Origin: Alphaproteobacteria bacterium
GTDB lineage: Bacteria; Pseudomonadota; Alphaproteobacteria; Rhodobacterales; Rhodobacteraceae
Direction of reading: 5' to 3'
Length of the DNA stretch: 64,000 nt
Assembly: GCA_030429495.1 (NCBI GenBank)
Contig: JAUIFH010000012.1
Coordinates: 1,896 to 65,895, forward strand
This document shows, one piece after another, positions 26,881-35,831 of the stretch. Under the pieces are notes generated by a model. It was not told the origin of the DNA, made no database searches, and saw nothing but the letters and a program-made list of their open reading frames with translations. The stretch's first letter is position 1. Every line of letters starts with the position of its first letter. Made by a program: the position numbers and the translations under genes.

Positions 26881-28176
26881 TCACATACCGTTGTAGAGGG
26901 GGAACCTGTCGCAGAGGGCCTTGACCTCGTTGCGGATGCGGGCCTCGGTCTCGGCGTTGCCCGCGTCGCCATGGGCGGCGAGGCCGTCGACGACCTCCAC
27001 GATCCAGTCGGCGATCTGGCGGAACTCGGCCTCGCGGAAGCCGCGCGTCGTGCCGGCCGGCGTGCCAAGCCGGATACCGGAGGTCACGAAGGGCTTCTCG
27101 GGGTCGAACGGCACGCCGTTCTTGTTGCAGGTGATATGCGCCCGGCCGAGTGCCGCCTCGGTCGCCTTGCCGGTCACCTTCTTCGGCCTGAGGTCGGCCA
27201 GCATCAGGTGGTTGTCGGTCCCGCCCGAGACGATGTCGATCCCGCCCTTCATCAGCTGGTCGGCCATCGCGCGGGCGTTCTTCACGATCTGCGCGGCATA
27301 GTCCTTGAACTCCGGCCGCAGCGCCTCGCCGAAGGCCACGGCCTTGGCGGCGATCACGTGCATCAGCGGCCCGCCCTGAAGCCCCGGGAAGACGGCGGAG
27401 TTCACCTTCTTCGCGACCTCCTCGTCATTCGTCAGGATCATGCCGCCGCGCGGGCCGCGCAGGCTCTTGTGCGTCGTCGTCGTCACCACATGGGCATGGG
27501 GCAAGGGCGAGGGATGCTGGCCGCCGGCCACCAACCCCGCGATATGAGCCATGTCGACCATCAGCCAGGCGCCGATCTCGTCCGCGATCGCCCGGAACGC
27601 CGCCCAGTCCCATTCGCGGCTATAGGCGGTGCCGCCGGCAAGGATCAGCTTCGGCTTCGCCGCCAGCGCCTTGGCGCGCACGTCGTCCATGTCCAGCCGC
27701 TGGTCCTGCGCGCGCACCCCGTAGGAGACGACGTTGAACCACTTGCCCGACATGTTGACCGGCGAGCCATGCGTCAGGTGGCCGCCCGAATTGAGGTCGA
27801 GCCCCATGAACGTATCGCCCGGCTGCAGGAGCGCCAGGAACACCGCCTGGTTCATCTGGCTGCCGGAGTTCGGCTGGACGTTGGCGAAGTTGCAGCCGAA
27901 AAGCTGCTTCGCCCGCTCGATCGCCAGCGTCTCGGCCACGTCGACATACTGGCAGCCGCCGTAATAGCGCTTGCCCGGATAGCCCTCGGCATACTTGTTG
28001 GTCAGGACCGAGCCCTGCGCCTCAAGCACCGCCTTCGAGACGATGTTCTCCGACGCGATCAGCTCGATCTCGTCGCGCTGGCGGCCAAGCTCGTCCGTGA
28101 TCGAGCCGAAGACCTCGGGGTCCCTCCTCGAAAGGCTCTCGGTGAAAAATCCGGGGTCGCGGTGCGCGGCGGTCAT
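26881..28176 (-). CDS. glyA: Serine hydroxymethyltransferase
   Basis: [35 protein letters not shown] (PLP lysine). Confidence 0.98.
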   Translation of the reverse strand: MTAAHRDPGFFTESLSRRDPEVFGSITDELGRQRDEIELIASENIVSKAVLEAQGSVLTNKYAEGYPGKRYYGGCQYVDVAETLAIERAKQLFGCNFANVQPNSGSQMNQAVFLALLQPGDTFMGLDLNSGGHLTHGSPVNMSGKWFNVVSYGVRAQDQRLDMDDVRAKALAAKPKLILAGGTAYSREWDWAAFRAIADEIGAWLMVDMAHIAGLVAGGQHPSPLPHAHVVTTTTHKSLRGPRGGMILTNDEEVAKKVNSAVFPGLQGGPLMHVIAAKAVAFGEALRPEFKDYAAQIVKNARAMADQLMKGGIDIVSGGTDNHLMLADLRPKKVTGKATEAALGRAHITCNKNGVPFDPEKPFVTSGIRLGTPAGTTRGFREAEFRQIADWIVEVVDGLAAHGDAGNAETEARIRNEVKALCDRFPLYNGM

Positions 28177-28306
28177 AAGCGTCTCCTGATGGTCAGCCGG
28201 TGGTGAGGCTCTTTAGCCGACCGAGCCGGGGGCGGAAAGAAAGAATCCGACCTGTTTGCGCGCGATGGCGAAACAAAATCCACTACAGGAAATTTCCGCC
28301 GCCCGG

Positions 28307-29755
28307 TCAGACGACCGTGAACTGCCCCATCATTCCGGCATCCTCATGTTCGAGGATATGGCAGTGATACATGTAGGGCAGGACGGGGTCGGCATAGTCG
28401 GCGAAGCTCAGCCGCAGCGTGACGGTTTCGTCCGGGCGGATCAGGACAGTGTCCTTCAGCCCTGCCTCCTGCGGCGCTGGCGGCTGGCCGTTGCGTGTGA
28501 GGATACGGAACTGCACGTCGTGGATGTGGATCGGGTGCAGCATGGGCGTGGTGTTCGTCCAGCTCCAGGTCTCGGTCACGCCGAGGGGGACCGAGAAGTC
28601 GATGCGGCCATGGTCGTAGCCGCTGCCGTTGATCGTGAAATCGCCCATCATGCCCGGTCCGGTCATCGCGAGCGTGAAGTCGCGGCCGGGGCCGGTTTCG
28701 GCGGCGGGAGGCGGCAGGTCCGCTAGGCGCGCGGGTGGCGCTGACGCAGGACGGGCGCCGCGCGGGCGCAGTTCCATCATGTCATGGGTCCCGGTCGTGC
28801 CCATCATCATGACTTCCGAGCCGAAGCTTTCGGCCCGCAGCATCACCGCCGCCCCGTCGGACAGATCGACAAGGAATTCCGCCCGCTCACCGGGACTGAG
28901 GATCGCGCCCCGCATCGGCACCGGCGCGGCCAGAAGGCCACCGTCCGATGCGATCTGGTAGAAGGTCCGGTCGTCGCTGAATTGCAGCCCGTAGAAGCTG
29001 CCGTTGGCGCCGTTCAGGACGCGCAGCCGCACGAGCGGCGCATCGGTCTCCAAAACCGGCTCGACCTGACCGTTGACCAGCATGACGTCGCCCTGCATAC
29101 CGGCCATCCGGTCGTGCATCGTCATGGTATACGGCATCTGCCCGTCGGCGTCGAAACGGCGGTCCTGCAATATCAGCGTGAAATCGTCCTCGCCATGATT
29201 GCGGGGCAGGGGGAGCGCGGCCTCTTCGTCGTCGCCGATTCGGATTACGCCGGCCATTCCCGCCCAGACATGTGGGGCCGTTTTCCCGTGCTGGTGGCCG
29301 TGGAACCAGAAGGTCCCTGCCTTCTGCAGGAGGTCGAATTCCGGCGACCAGACGGCGTCGGGTGCGATCTCCTGATGCGGGCCGCCATCGGCGGCGGCGG
29401 GCAGGTGCAGCCCGTGCCAGTGCAGCGTCATCGGTTCGCCGATCCGGTTCGCGACGTTCATCCGCAGCCGGTCGCCCGCGCGCGCCGAAAGGATTGGGCC
29501 GAGGAAGCCCGCATTGACGCCGATCGTCGCGGTTTCGACCCCGGCGAGGAATTCCCGCCCGCCGGGCGCGACCTTCAGGTCGAACACGCGCCGCCCAGCC
29601 TCGGTCCGCCCTTCGTCGAGTGCGGGCAGGGCCAGGGGCTGCCCGCGCAGCGCAGCAAGGGCAGGGCGCGGCCGGAACGCGACCGGCGCCGCCAGGGCCA
29701 GGCCGCCCAGACCGGAAAGCAGGGCGCGACGGCCGAGACGGGTCGTAAGTGTCAT
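28307..29755 (-). CDS. Tat-exported multicopper oxidase (CueO/laccase-like)
   Basis: RLGRRALL Tat signal; HWH, HGH, HPIHIH and [13 protein letters not shown] copper motifs; the upstream extension in the ORF track is spurious. Confidence 0.92.
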   Translation of the reverse strand: MTLTTRLGRRALLSGLGGLALAAPVAFRPRPALAALRGQPLALPALDEGRTEAGRRVFDLKVAPGGREFLAGVETATIGVNAGFLGPILSARAGDRLRMNVANRIGEPMTLHWHGLHLPAAADGGPHQEIAPDAVWSPEFDLLQKAGTFWFHGHQHGKTAPHVWAGMAGVIRIGDDEEAALPLPRNHGEDDFTLILQDRRFDADGQMPYTMTMHDRMAGMQGDVMLVNGQVEPVLETDAPLVRLRVLNGANGSFYGLQFSDDRTFYQIASDGGLLAAPVPMRGAILSPGERAEFLVDLSDGAAVMLRAESFGSEVMMMGTTGTHDMMELRPRGARPASAPPARLADLPPPAAETGPGRDFTLAMTGPGMMGDFTINGSGYDHGRIDFSVPLGVTETWSWTNTTPMLHPIHIHDVQFRILTRNGQPPAPQEAGLKDTVLIRPDETVTLRLSFADYADPVLPYMYHCHILEHEDAGMMGQFTVV

Positions 29756-29851
29756 CTTCGCTTCCCCCCGATCGCGGCGCGACAGAGAAGACGGGTTGTC
29801 TTCCTGCGCCGCTCTGTGGATCAATGCACAAAGGGACGACATGGAACAGCC

Positions 29852-30619
29852 GTGGCAAACGCAACCAAGATCACATTTCTGGCAAGCGAAACCGAGGTTG
29901 CGCAGGAGGCGCTGAGCCGGCTGAGCGCGGCCTGCGGCTCCGTCCCGTTGGAGGAGGCGGAGGTGATCGTGGCCTTGGGCGGCGACGGCTTCATGCTGCA
30001 GACGCTTCACGCGACGCAGGCGATGGACCTGCCCGTCTATGGCATGAACTGCGGTACGATCGGTTTCCTGATGAATGAATACGGTGACGAAGGGTTGCGC
30101 GAACGGCTCGCCGCCGCCGAGGAAGAGATCATCAACCCCCTTGCGATGCGGGCGGTCAGCCGCGACGGCGCGGTGCACGAGGCGCTTGCGATCAACGAGG
30201 TGGCGCTGCTTCGCGCCGGGCCACAGGCCGCGAAGCTGCGGATCACCGTCGACGGAAAGGTGCGGATGGAGGAACTGGTCTGCGACGGCGCGCTTGTCAG
30301 CACGCCCGCCGGTTCGACTGCCTACAACTATTCCGCCCACGGGCCGATCCTGCCGATCGGGGCGGAAGTTCTGGCGCTGACAGCGATGGCCGCGTTCCGG
30401 CCCCGGCGCTGGCGCGGGGCGTTGCTGCCCAAGACCGCCCGCGTGCGGTTCGACGTTCTCGATCCCGAGAAACGCCCGGTCATGGCCGATGCCGACGGAC
30501 GTTCCGCGCGCGATGTGGTGTCGGTCGAGGTGCGTTCGGAACCCGCCATCCGCCACCGGATCCTCTTCGATCCCGGTCACGGGCTAGAGGAACGCCTCAC
30601 GCGAGAGCAGTTCGTCTGA
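29852..30619 (+). CDS. nadK: NAD kinase
   Basis: [36 protein letters not shown]-terminal part of ORF 28784-30619. Confidence 0.93.
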   Translation: MANATKITFLASETEVAQEALSRLSAACGSVPLEEAEVIVALGGDGFMLQTLHATQAMDLPVYGMNCGTIGFLMNEYGDEGLRERLAAAEEEIINPLAMRAVSRDGAVHEALAINEVALLRAGPQAAKLRITVDGKVRMEELVCDGALVSTPAGSTAYNYSAHGPILPIGAEVLALTAMAAFRPRRWRGALLPKTARVRFDVLDPEKRPVMADADGRSARDVVSVEVRSEPAIRHRILFDPGHGLEERLTREQFV

Positions 30620-30623
30620 CCTG

Positions 30624-32000
30624 TCAGCCGCCGGCTTTCCAGATGTCGATCTTCCGGTAGAGCGTCGACGGCGACACGTCGAGAACGCGCGCCGCTTTCG
30701 GGACCGATCCGCCATGCCGAGTGATGGTCTCCTCGATGACGAGGCGCTCCACCTCGGCAAGTGTGCGCCCGATCAGCCCGTCGAGCGTGACCTTGGGAGT
30801 GGCGGCCGTGTCGGTGACTGTGGCGGCGTTATCCAGTTCGTGATGCAGCTCCATCGGCAGCATTGCCCGCGTCACGGTGGGACCGTCGTTCAGCACGACG
30901 GCGTGGCGCACGACGTTGAGAAGCTGGCGCACATTTCCGGGCCATGTGAGGTGGAGGAGCAGGTCCTTCACCTCTGTGTCCAGCGCGTTGAACTTGCGGC
31001 CTTCTTCGCGCGCGAAGCGGTCAAGTGCGGCCTCGGCAAGCGCGATCACGTCCGCGCCGCGTTCCCGCAAGGGCGGCATCCGGATCGGGACGACATGCAG
31101 CCGGTAGAACAGGTCTTCGCGGAAACGGCCCCGTCGGACCTCCTGCACAGGGTCGCGGTTCGTTGCGCAGATGATGCGGACATTGACCTTCCGCAACCGT
31201 GCGGCTCCGACCGGCTGGATCGTCGACGTTTGCAGAAAGCGCAGCAGCTTGGTCTGGAGATTGAGGTCCAGTTCGCAGATCTCGTCGAGAAAGAGCGTCC
31301 CGCCGTCCGCCGTTGCCGCCGCACCGGGCTTGTCGGTGATCGCGCCGGTGAACGAGCCCTTCACATGGCCGAACACTTCCGATTCTAGCAGCTCGGACGG
31401 GATCGCCCCGCAGTTCAGCGGCACGAACGGCCCCTGCGCACGGTTCGACAGATCATGGACGGCCTGCGCGCAGAGCTCCTTTCCTGTCCCGCTCTCGCCT
31501 GTGATGAAGACGGTGGCCATCGACCGTGCCACCGACCTGATCTTGTCGTAGACCTGCCGCATCGGCTCTGACTGGCCGATGAACTCGCCCGGGGGCCGCG
31601 TGCCCGTTGCCGGTGGCGTGCCGCCGTTCCGGCCCGCAGCGGCAAGCGCGTTGCCGACCGCACTGAGCAAGCGTTGTTCGTCGAACGGTTTGACCAGGAA
31701 TTCGTGGGCGCCTGCGCGCATCGCGGCCACGGCCTTGTTGATCGACCCGTTGGCGGTGATGACGATCACATGGGCATCGGGTCTGATGGCGAGGAATTCG
31801 CGCATGAGGTCAAGGCCGTCGCGGTCCGGTAGCATGAGGTCCAGCAAGACGACCGGCGGCTTCATTGTCTTGAACGTCGAAAGGCCTTCTGCCGCGTTAT
31901 CGGCGCACCTGACTGTGTGGCCGGCGGTTTTTAGGACCGCCTGATAGACCAGTTGCAGAGAGGGCGTGTCCTCCACCAGAAGAAGCGGCTGGTCTGTCAT
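30624..32000 (-). CDS. Sigma54-dependent response regulator (REC-AAA+-HTH), LuxO-like
   Basis: VEDT/LDLMLPD receiver, GESGTGKE, GSFTGA, LFLDEICELDLNLQTKLLRF, LDVSPSTLYRK. Confidence 0.92.
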   Translation of the reverse strand: MTDQPLLLVEDTPSLQLVYQAVLKTAGHTVRCADNAAEGLSTFKTMKPPVVLLDLMLPDRDGLDLMREFLAIRPDAHVIVITANGSINKAVAAMRAGAHEFLVKPFDEQRLLSAVGNALAAAGRNGGTPPATGTRPPGEFIGQSEPMRQVYDKIRSVARSMATVFITGESGTGKELCAQAVHDLSNRAQGPFVPLNCGAIPSELLESEVFGHVKGSFTGAITDKPGAAATADGGTLFLDEICELDLNLQTKLLRFLQTSTIQPVGAARLRKVNVRIICATNRDPVQEVRRGRFREDLFYRLHVVPIRMPPLRERGADVIALAEAALDRFAREEGRKFNALDTEVKDLLLHLTWPGNVRQLLNVVRHAVVLNDGPTVTRAMLPMELHHELDNAATVTDTAATPKVTLDGLIGRTLAEVERLVIEETITRHGGSVPKAARVLDVSPSTLYRKIDIWKAGG

Positions 32001-33553
32001 CCGGCGTCATCCCGTCGGGTCTGTTCCTGCGCGATGAAGTGGATCAGCCGGTCGAGCTGTTCCAACGCCTCCGCGCCGATTGCCGGCATGTCACCCAGAT
32101 TGCGACGATGCGCGGCGGCGTTGAGCGTCTGCGCCAGCGTCTGCAGGCGGGCCGCACCGACCGCGCCGGCAAGCGCGATGAGAACATGTGTATCAGCACG
32201 GATCGCGTCGGCATTGCCCTCGGCGAGCCCTGCGACGAGGCCGCGCTCGGTTCGGCGCAGGTCTGTATGGAGCCGCATCAGCAGCTCGGCCGCGGCCGCA
32301 GGGCCGGCAATGTCGATCAGACGGTCAAAACACTCACGGTCGAACTCCTGCGTAGCGATTTGCGCGGGATCGTCCTCTTCAATGCCGGCCGCACGGGGGT
32401 CGAGGACATTGGCGATCGCAAGCCCGAAGGATTCGATGCCGGCCAACGGCTTGGCCAAGATAGCGTTTGCGCCCGCGGCGTAGATCGCATCGCGGTTGGC
32501 ACGCAGCACATAGGCCGTGATCGCGATGATCGGCATGTGTGAGTGCATCCGGTTGTTGCCACGCAGTTCTCGGATCACCTCGATCCCGTTCAGGCGCGGC
32601 ATCTCGATGTCGATCAATGCCAGATCGAAATCCTCGCGTTCCAGCCAGTGCAATGCCTCGATACCGTCCTCGGCGATCTCGAATTCCGCGCCCATCTTGG
32701 TCAGCATGTTCCCGATGATCGTCTGATTGGTCGCGTTGTCTTCTGCGATAAGGACTTTCGTGCGGCTGAGATCGGGCAGTTCCACCACACGGTCTGGTTC
32801 TGCCACCGCCCAGCAGCCGGTCGGAAGCTCCAGAGTGACCCGTGCGCCCCGTCGCGGCAGATTCTCCACGCTGATCGTGCCACCCAGCCGGCTCGCCATA
32901 TGCTTGGAGATGTGCATCCCGAGGCCCTGGCCAGGCTTGGTCGTGCCTTCGGGCCGGCCCTGATATTCGAACAGGCGTGTCAGCGCATCGGCCGAGAACC
33001 CCGGCCCCTCATCCGTCACGGCGATCATGATTGACCCTTCCGGCGACATATAGACATCCAGAGCCACCGTGCCGGAATCGGCGTGTTTCATCGCGTTCGA
33101 CAGGGTGTTGGCCAGCACCCGTTCGAGTGCGATGCGGTCGAGCGTCAGAACTTCGGGAACGTCCTTGCACCGAGTCAGGCGGAAGGTCAGCCCCTTCTCG
33201 CTTGCCCGGCCCGACCAGCGCATCTCGACATCGTACAGGAACCGCGCCATCTGCAGGTTGGCCGACTGCGCGGCGGGAAGGTCCTCCTCGCCGAGCATGA
33301 TCGACAGGCCTTCCTCCAGTAGCCGGGCGAGGGTTTCCCCGGATGCGCGCACCCGTTCAAGCTGGAGCCGCATGCCACTGTCGAGCCCGTCCTGGTCGAT
33401 CAGGCGCAAGCCGCCGATGATGTCGGAAACGGCCGCGCGCAGGTCATGGCTGAGCAGCCGCATGCGGCCGGCGTCTGCCAGCTGCTCTGCGGCCGCATCG
33501 GGGCGGACCTCATCGTCCCGCATCGCGCCCCCTGACGCATCCGACGACGGCAT
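31997..33553 (-). CDS. Soluble hybrid histidine kinase (HisKA-HATPase-REC-HPt) lacking a sensor domain
   Basis: LSHDLR H-box, LSNAMKH, DEGPGF, GQGLGM, receiver IDIEMP, HPt-like ADTHVLIALAG. Confidence 0.88.
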   Translation of the reverse strand: MPSSDASGGAMRDDEVRPDAAAEQLADAGRMRLLSHDLRAAVSDIIGGLRLIDQDGLDSGMRLQLERVRASGETLARLLEEGLSIMLGEEDLPAAQSANLQMARFLYDVEMRWSGRASEKGLTFRLTRCKDVPEVLTLDRIALERVLANTLSNAMKHADSGTVALDVYMSPEGSIMIAVTDEGPGFSADALTRLFEYQGRPEGTTKPGQGLGMHISKHMASRLGGTISVENLPRRGARVTLELPTGCWAVAEPDRVVELPDLSRTKVLIAEDNATNQTIIGNMLTKMGAEFEIAEDGIEALHWLEREDFDLALIDIEMPRLNGIEVIRELRGNNRMHSHMPIIAITAYVLRANRDAIYAAGANAILAKPLAGIESFGLAIANVLDPRAAGIEEDDPAQIATQEFDRECFDRLIDIAGPAAAAELLMRLHTDLRRTERGLVAGLAEGNADAIRADTHVLIALAGAVGAARLQTLAQTLNAAAHRRNLGDMPAIGAEALEQLDRLIHFIAQEQTRRDDAG

Positions 33554-33696
33554 TTCTGCAATGGATTACAAGTATCGGTTGCATGTCGAATTGGTTGTAC
33601 GCGAGTAAATCTATCGCGCCAACCTGTCTGAAACGTTAGGTCTCTGGGTCCGGGAGTTGAAAATCTGCCGCCAACGGTAGGTTTGGTTCCCTTTCG

Positions 33697-35592
33697 TCAA
33701 CCAGCGCCGGGATAACCGATTCCTTTCAGGGCAACCGTGATCTCGTCGAGGATCGCCGGGTCGTCGATCGTGGCTGGCATCTTGTAGTCTTCGCCATCGG
33801 CGATCTTGACCATCGTTCCGCGCAGGATCTTGCCCGAGCGGGTCTTGGGCAGCCGGTCCACAACGCAGGCAAGCTTGAACGCGGCGACCGGGCCGATCTG
33901 CTCGCGCACCAGCTTCACGCATTCCTTCACGACGTCCTCATGGGCGCGGTTGGTGCCCTTGTTGAGACAGAGGAACCCGACCGGCATCTGACCCTTGAGC
34001 TGGTCGGCGACCCCGATGACCGCGCATTCGGCGACATCGTCGTGGCTTGCCAGCACTTCTTCCATCGCACCGGTCGACAGTCGGTGGCCCGCGACATTGA
34101 TGACGTCGTCGGTGCGCGCCATGATGTAGAGATAGCCGTCTTCGTCCTTCATTCCGGCGTCGCCGGTCTCATAATATCCCGGGAAATGGTTCAGGTAGGA
34201 CTTCCGGAACCGGTCTTCCGCGTTCCAGAGCGTCGGCAGAGTGCCCGGGGGCAGGGGCAGCTTGATCGCGATGGCGCCGAGATCGCCGGCCTTCACCGGA
34301 TGGCCTCCCTCATCAAGGACCTGGACGTCGTAGCCGGGCATGGCGACGGACGGCGAGCCGATCTTGACCGGAAGCTCCTCGATGCCGATCGGGTTGCCGG
34401 CGATCGCCCAGCCGGTCTCGGTCTGCCACCAGTGGTCGATGACCGGAATGCGAAGATGGCGCTGCGCCCATTTGATCGTGTCGGGGTCGGCGCGTTCGCC
34501 AGCGAGGAAGAGCGCCTGAAGATTGCGCAGGTTGTAGTCCTTGATCAACTCGCCGTTCGGGTCTTCGCGCTTGATCGCACGAAGGGCCGTCGGCGCGGTG
34601 AAGAACGACTTCACCTTGTGGTTCTGGATCACCCGCCAGAAGGTGCCGGCATCGGGCGTGCCCACAGGCTTGCCCTCGAATACGATGGTGGTGCAACCGG
34701 CGATCAGGGGGCCGTAGCAGATATAGGAATGGCCCACGACCCAGCCCACATCCGAAGCCGCCCAGAAGACATCACCGGGCCCGACGTTGTAGATGTTTTT
34801 CATCGTCCAGTTGAGTGCGACGAGATGGCCTGCGGTCGGGCGCACCACACCTTTCGGCGCGCCTGTCGTGCCGGATGTGTAGAGGATATAGGCCGGATGG
34901 TTGCCTTCGACCGGGACGCATTCGGCCGGCTCCACCCCGTATTGAAAACCGTGCCAGTTGAAATCGCGGCCCTCGATCAGTTTCGCGACTTCCTGTTCCC
35001 GCTGGAAGATCACGGTGAAGGCGGGCTTGTGCTTCGCCTGGTCGATGGCAGCGTCGAGGAGCGGTTTGTAATGCACGACGCGGCCGGGCTCGAGCCCGCA
35101 GGAGGCGGCTATGATTGCCTTGGGTTTCGCGTCGTCGATCCGCACCGCCAGTTCGTGCGCGGCAAAGCCGCCAAAGACGACCGAATGGATCGCGCCGAGA
35201 CGGGCGCAGGCGAGCATCGCCTCAAGCGCTTCGGGCACCATCGGCATGTAGATGATGACGCGGTCGCCCTTTTCGACGCCCTTGGCGCGCAGGGCACCTG
35301 CAAGGCTCGCCACCCGGTCGCGGAGTTCGCGGTAGGTGATGCCCTTGGTCGAATGGGTGATCGGGCTGTCATGGATGATGGCAAGCTGGTCACCGCGCCC
35401 CGCCTCGACGTGGCGGTCGACGGCGTTCCAGCAGGTATTGACCTCGGAATCCACGAACCACTCGTAAAGCGGTGCGTTTTCGCCGGAGAGTGCTTGCGTT
35501 GGCGCGCGGACCCAGTCGATCGCCCCGGCAGCCTCCATCCAGAAGCCCTCCGGGTCCGCTTTCCAGCGGGAATACGTCTCGGAATATCCCAT
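33697..35592 (-). CDS. prpE: Propionyl-CoA synthetase
   Basis: YILYTSGTTGAPKGV, DHWWQTETG, PKTRSGKILR; next to maeB as is typical in Rhodobacteraceae. Confidence 0.88.
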   Translation of the reverse strand: MGYSETYSRWKADPEGFWMEAAGAIDWVRAPTQALSGENAPLYEWFVDSEVNTCWNAVDRHVEAGRGDQLAIIHDSPITHSTKGITYRELRDRVASLAGALRAKGVEKGDRVIIYMPMVPEALEAMLACARLGAIHSVVFGGFAAHELAVRIDDAKPKAIIAASCGLEPGRVVHYKPLLDAAIDQAKHKPAFTVIFQREQEVAKLIEGRDFNWHGFQYGVEPAECVPVEGNHPAYILYTSGTTGAPKGVVRPTAGHLVALNWTMKNIYNVGPGDVFWAASDVGWVVGHSYICYGPLIAGCTTIVFEGKPVGTPDAGTFWRVIQNHKVKSFFTAPTALRAIKREDPNGELIKDYNLRNLQALFLAGERADPDTIKWAQRHLRIPVIDHWWQTETGWAIAGNPIGIEELPVKIGSPSVAMPGYDVQVLDEGGHPVKAGDLGAIAIKLPLPPGTLPTLWNAEDRFRKSYLNHFPGYYETGDAGMKDEDGYLYIMARTDDVINVAGHRLSTGAMEEVLASHDDVAECAVIGVADQLKGQMPVGFLCLNKGTNRAHEDVVKECVKLVREQIGPVAAFKLACVVDRLPKTRSGKILRGTMVKIADGEDYKMPATIDDPAILDEITVALKGIGYPGAG

Positions 35593-35687
35593 GATCGTGC
35601 CTCCTCCAAAGCCTGCGGACAGTTATGCGGCCCTTTTCATTTCACGCAACGCTGTTACCGATCACACATTTCGGCAGGGCACAAAAA

Positions 35688-35776
35688 TTTGCAGAATGTC
35701 GCCGATCGGGCCCGCAAATTTTTGCAAACCCTCTGAGATGATGCGCTTGGGAGCAAATCATGGCCTGGTTTGCAAA
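35688..35776. promoter_or_regulatory. TTTGCAAA boxes upstream of prpE (PccR/ScfR-type propionyl-CoA regulator sites)
   Basis: TTTGCAGA 35688-35695, TTTGCAAA 35721-35728 and 35769-35776. Confidence 0.55.
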
Positions 35777-35831
35777 GTTGGTCGTGCGGCGATGTAAACC
35801 GCCGCACGACTGATTCTCTGGCGTCCGCCGG

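Noticed and set aside
28177..28306. Possible ZTP (pfl) or glycine riboswitch upstream of glyA
   Set aside because: The conserved GACUGGCG/CCUGGG and GGAGA..CCGAAG cores are absent; the gap looks like a plain promoter.
28307..30619. Apparent long overlapping ORFs (757 aa minus, 611 aa plus) suggesting fusions or dual coding
   Set aside because: Real starts are 29755 (Tat signal) and 29852 (NAD kinase); the extensions are antisense read-through of each other.
35677..35693. Sigma54-like GGGCACAAAAATTTGCA
   Set aside because: GG-to-GC spacing is 11 rather than 10, it points away from prpE, and it overlaps a TTTGCAAA-type box.
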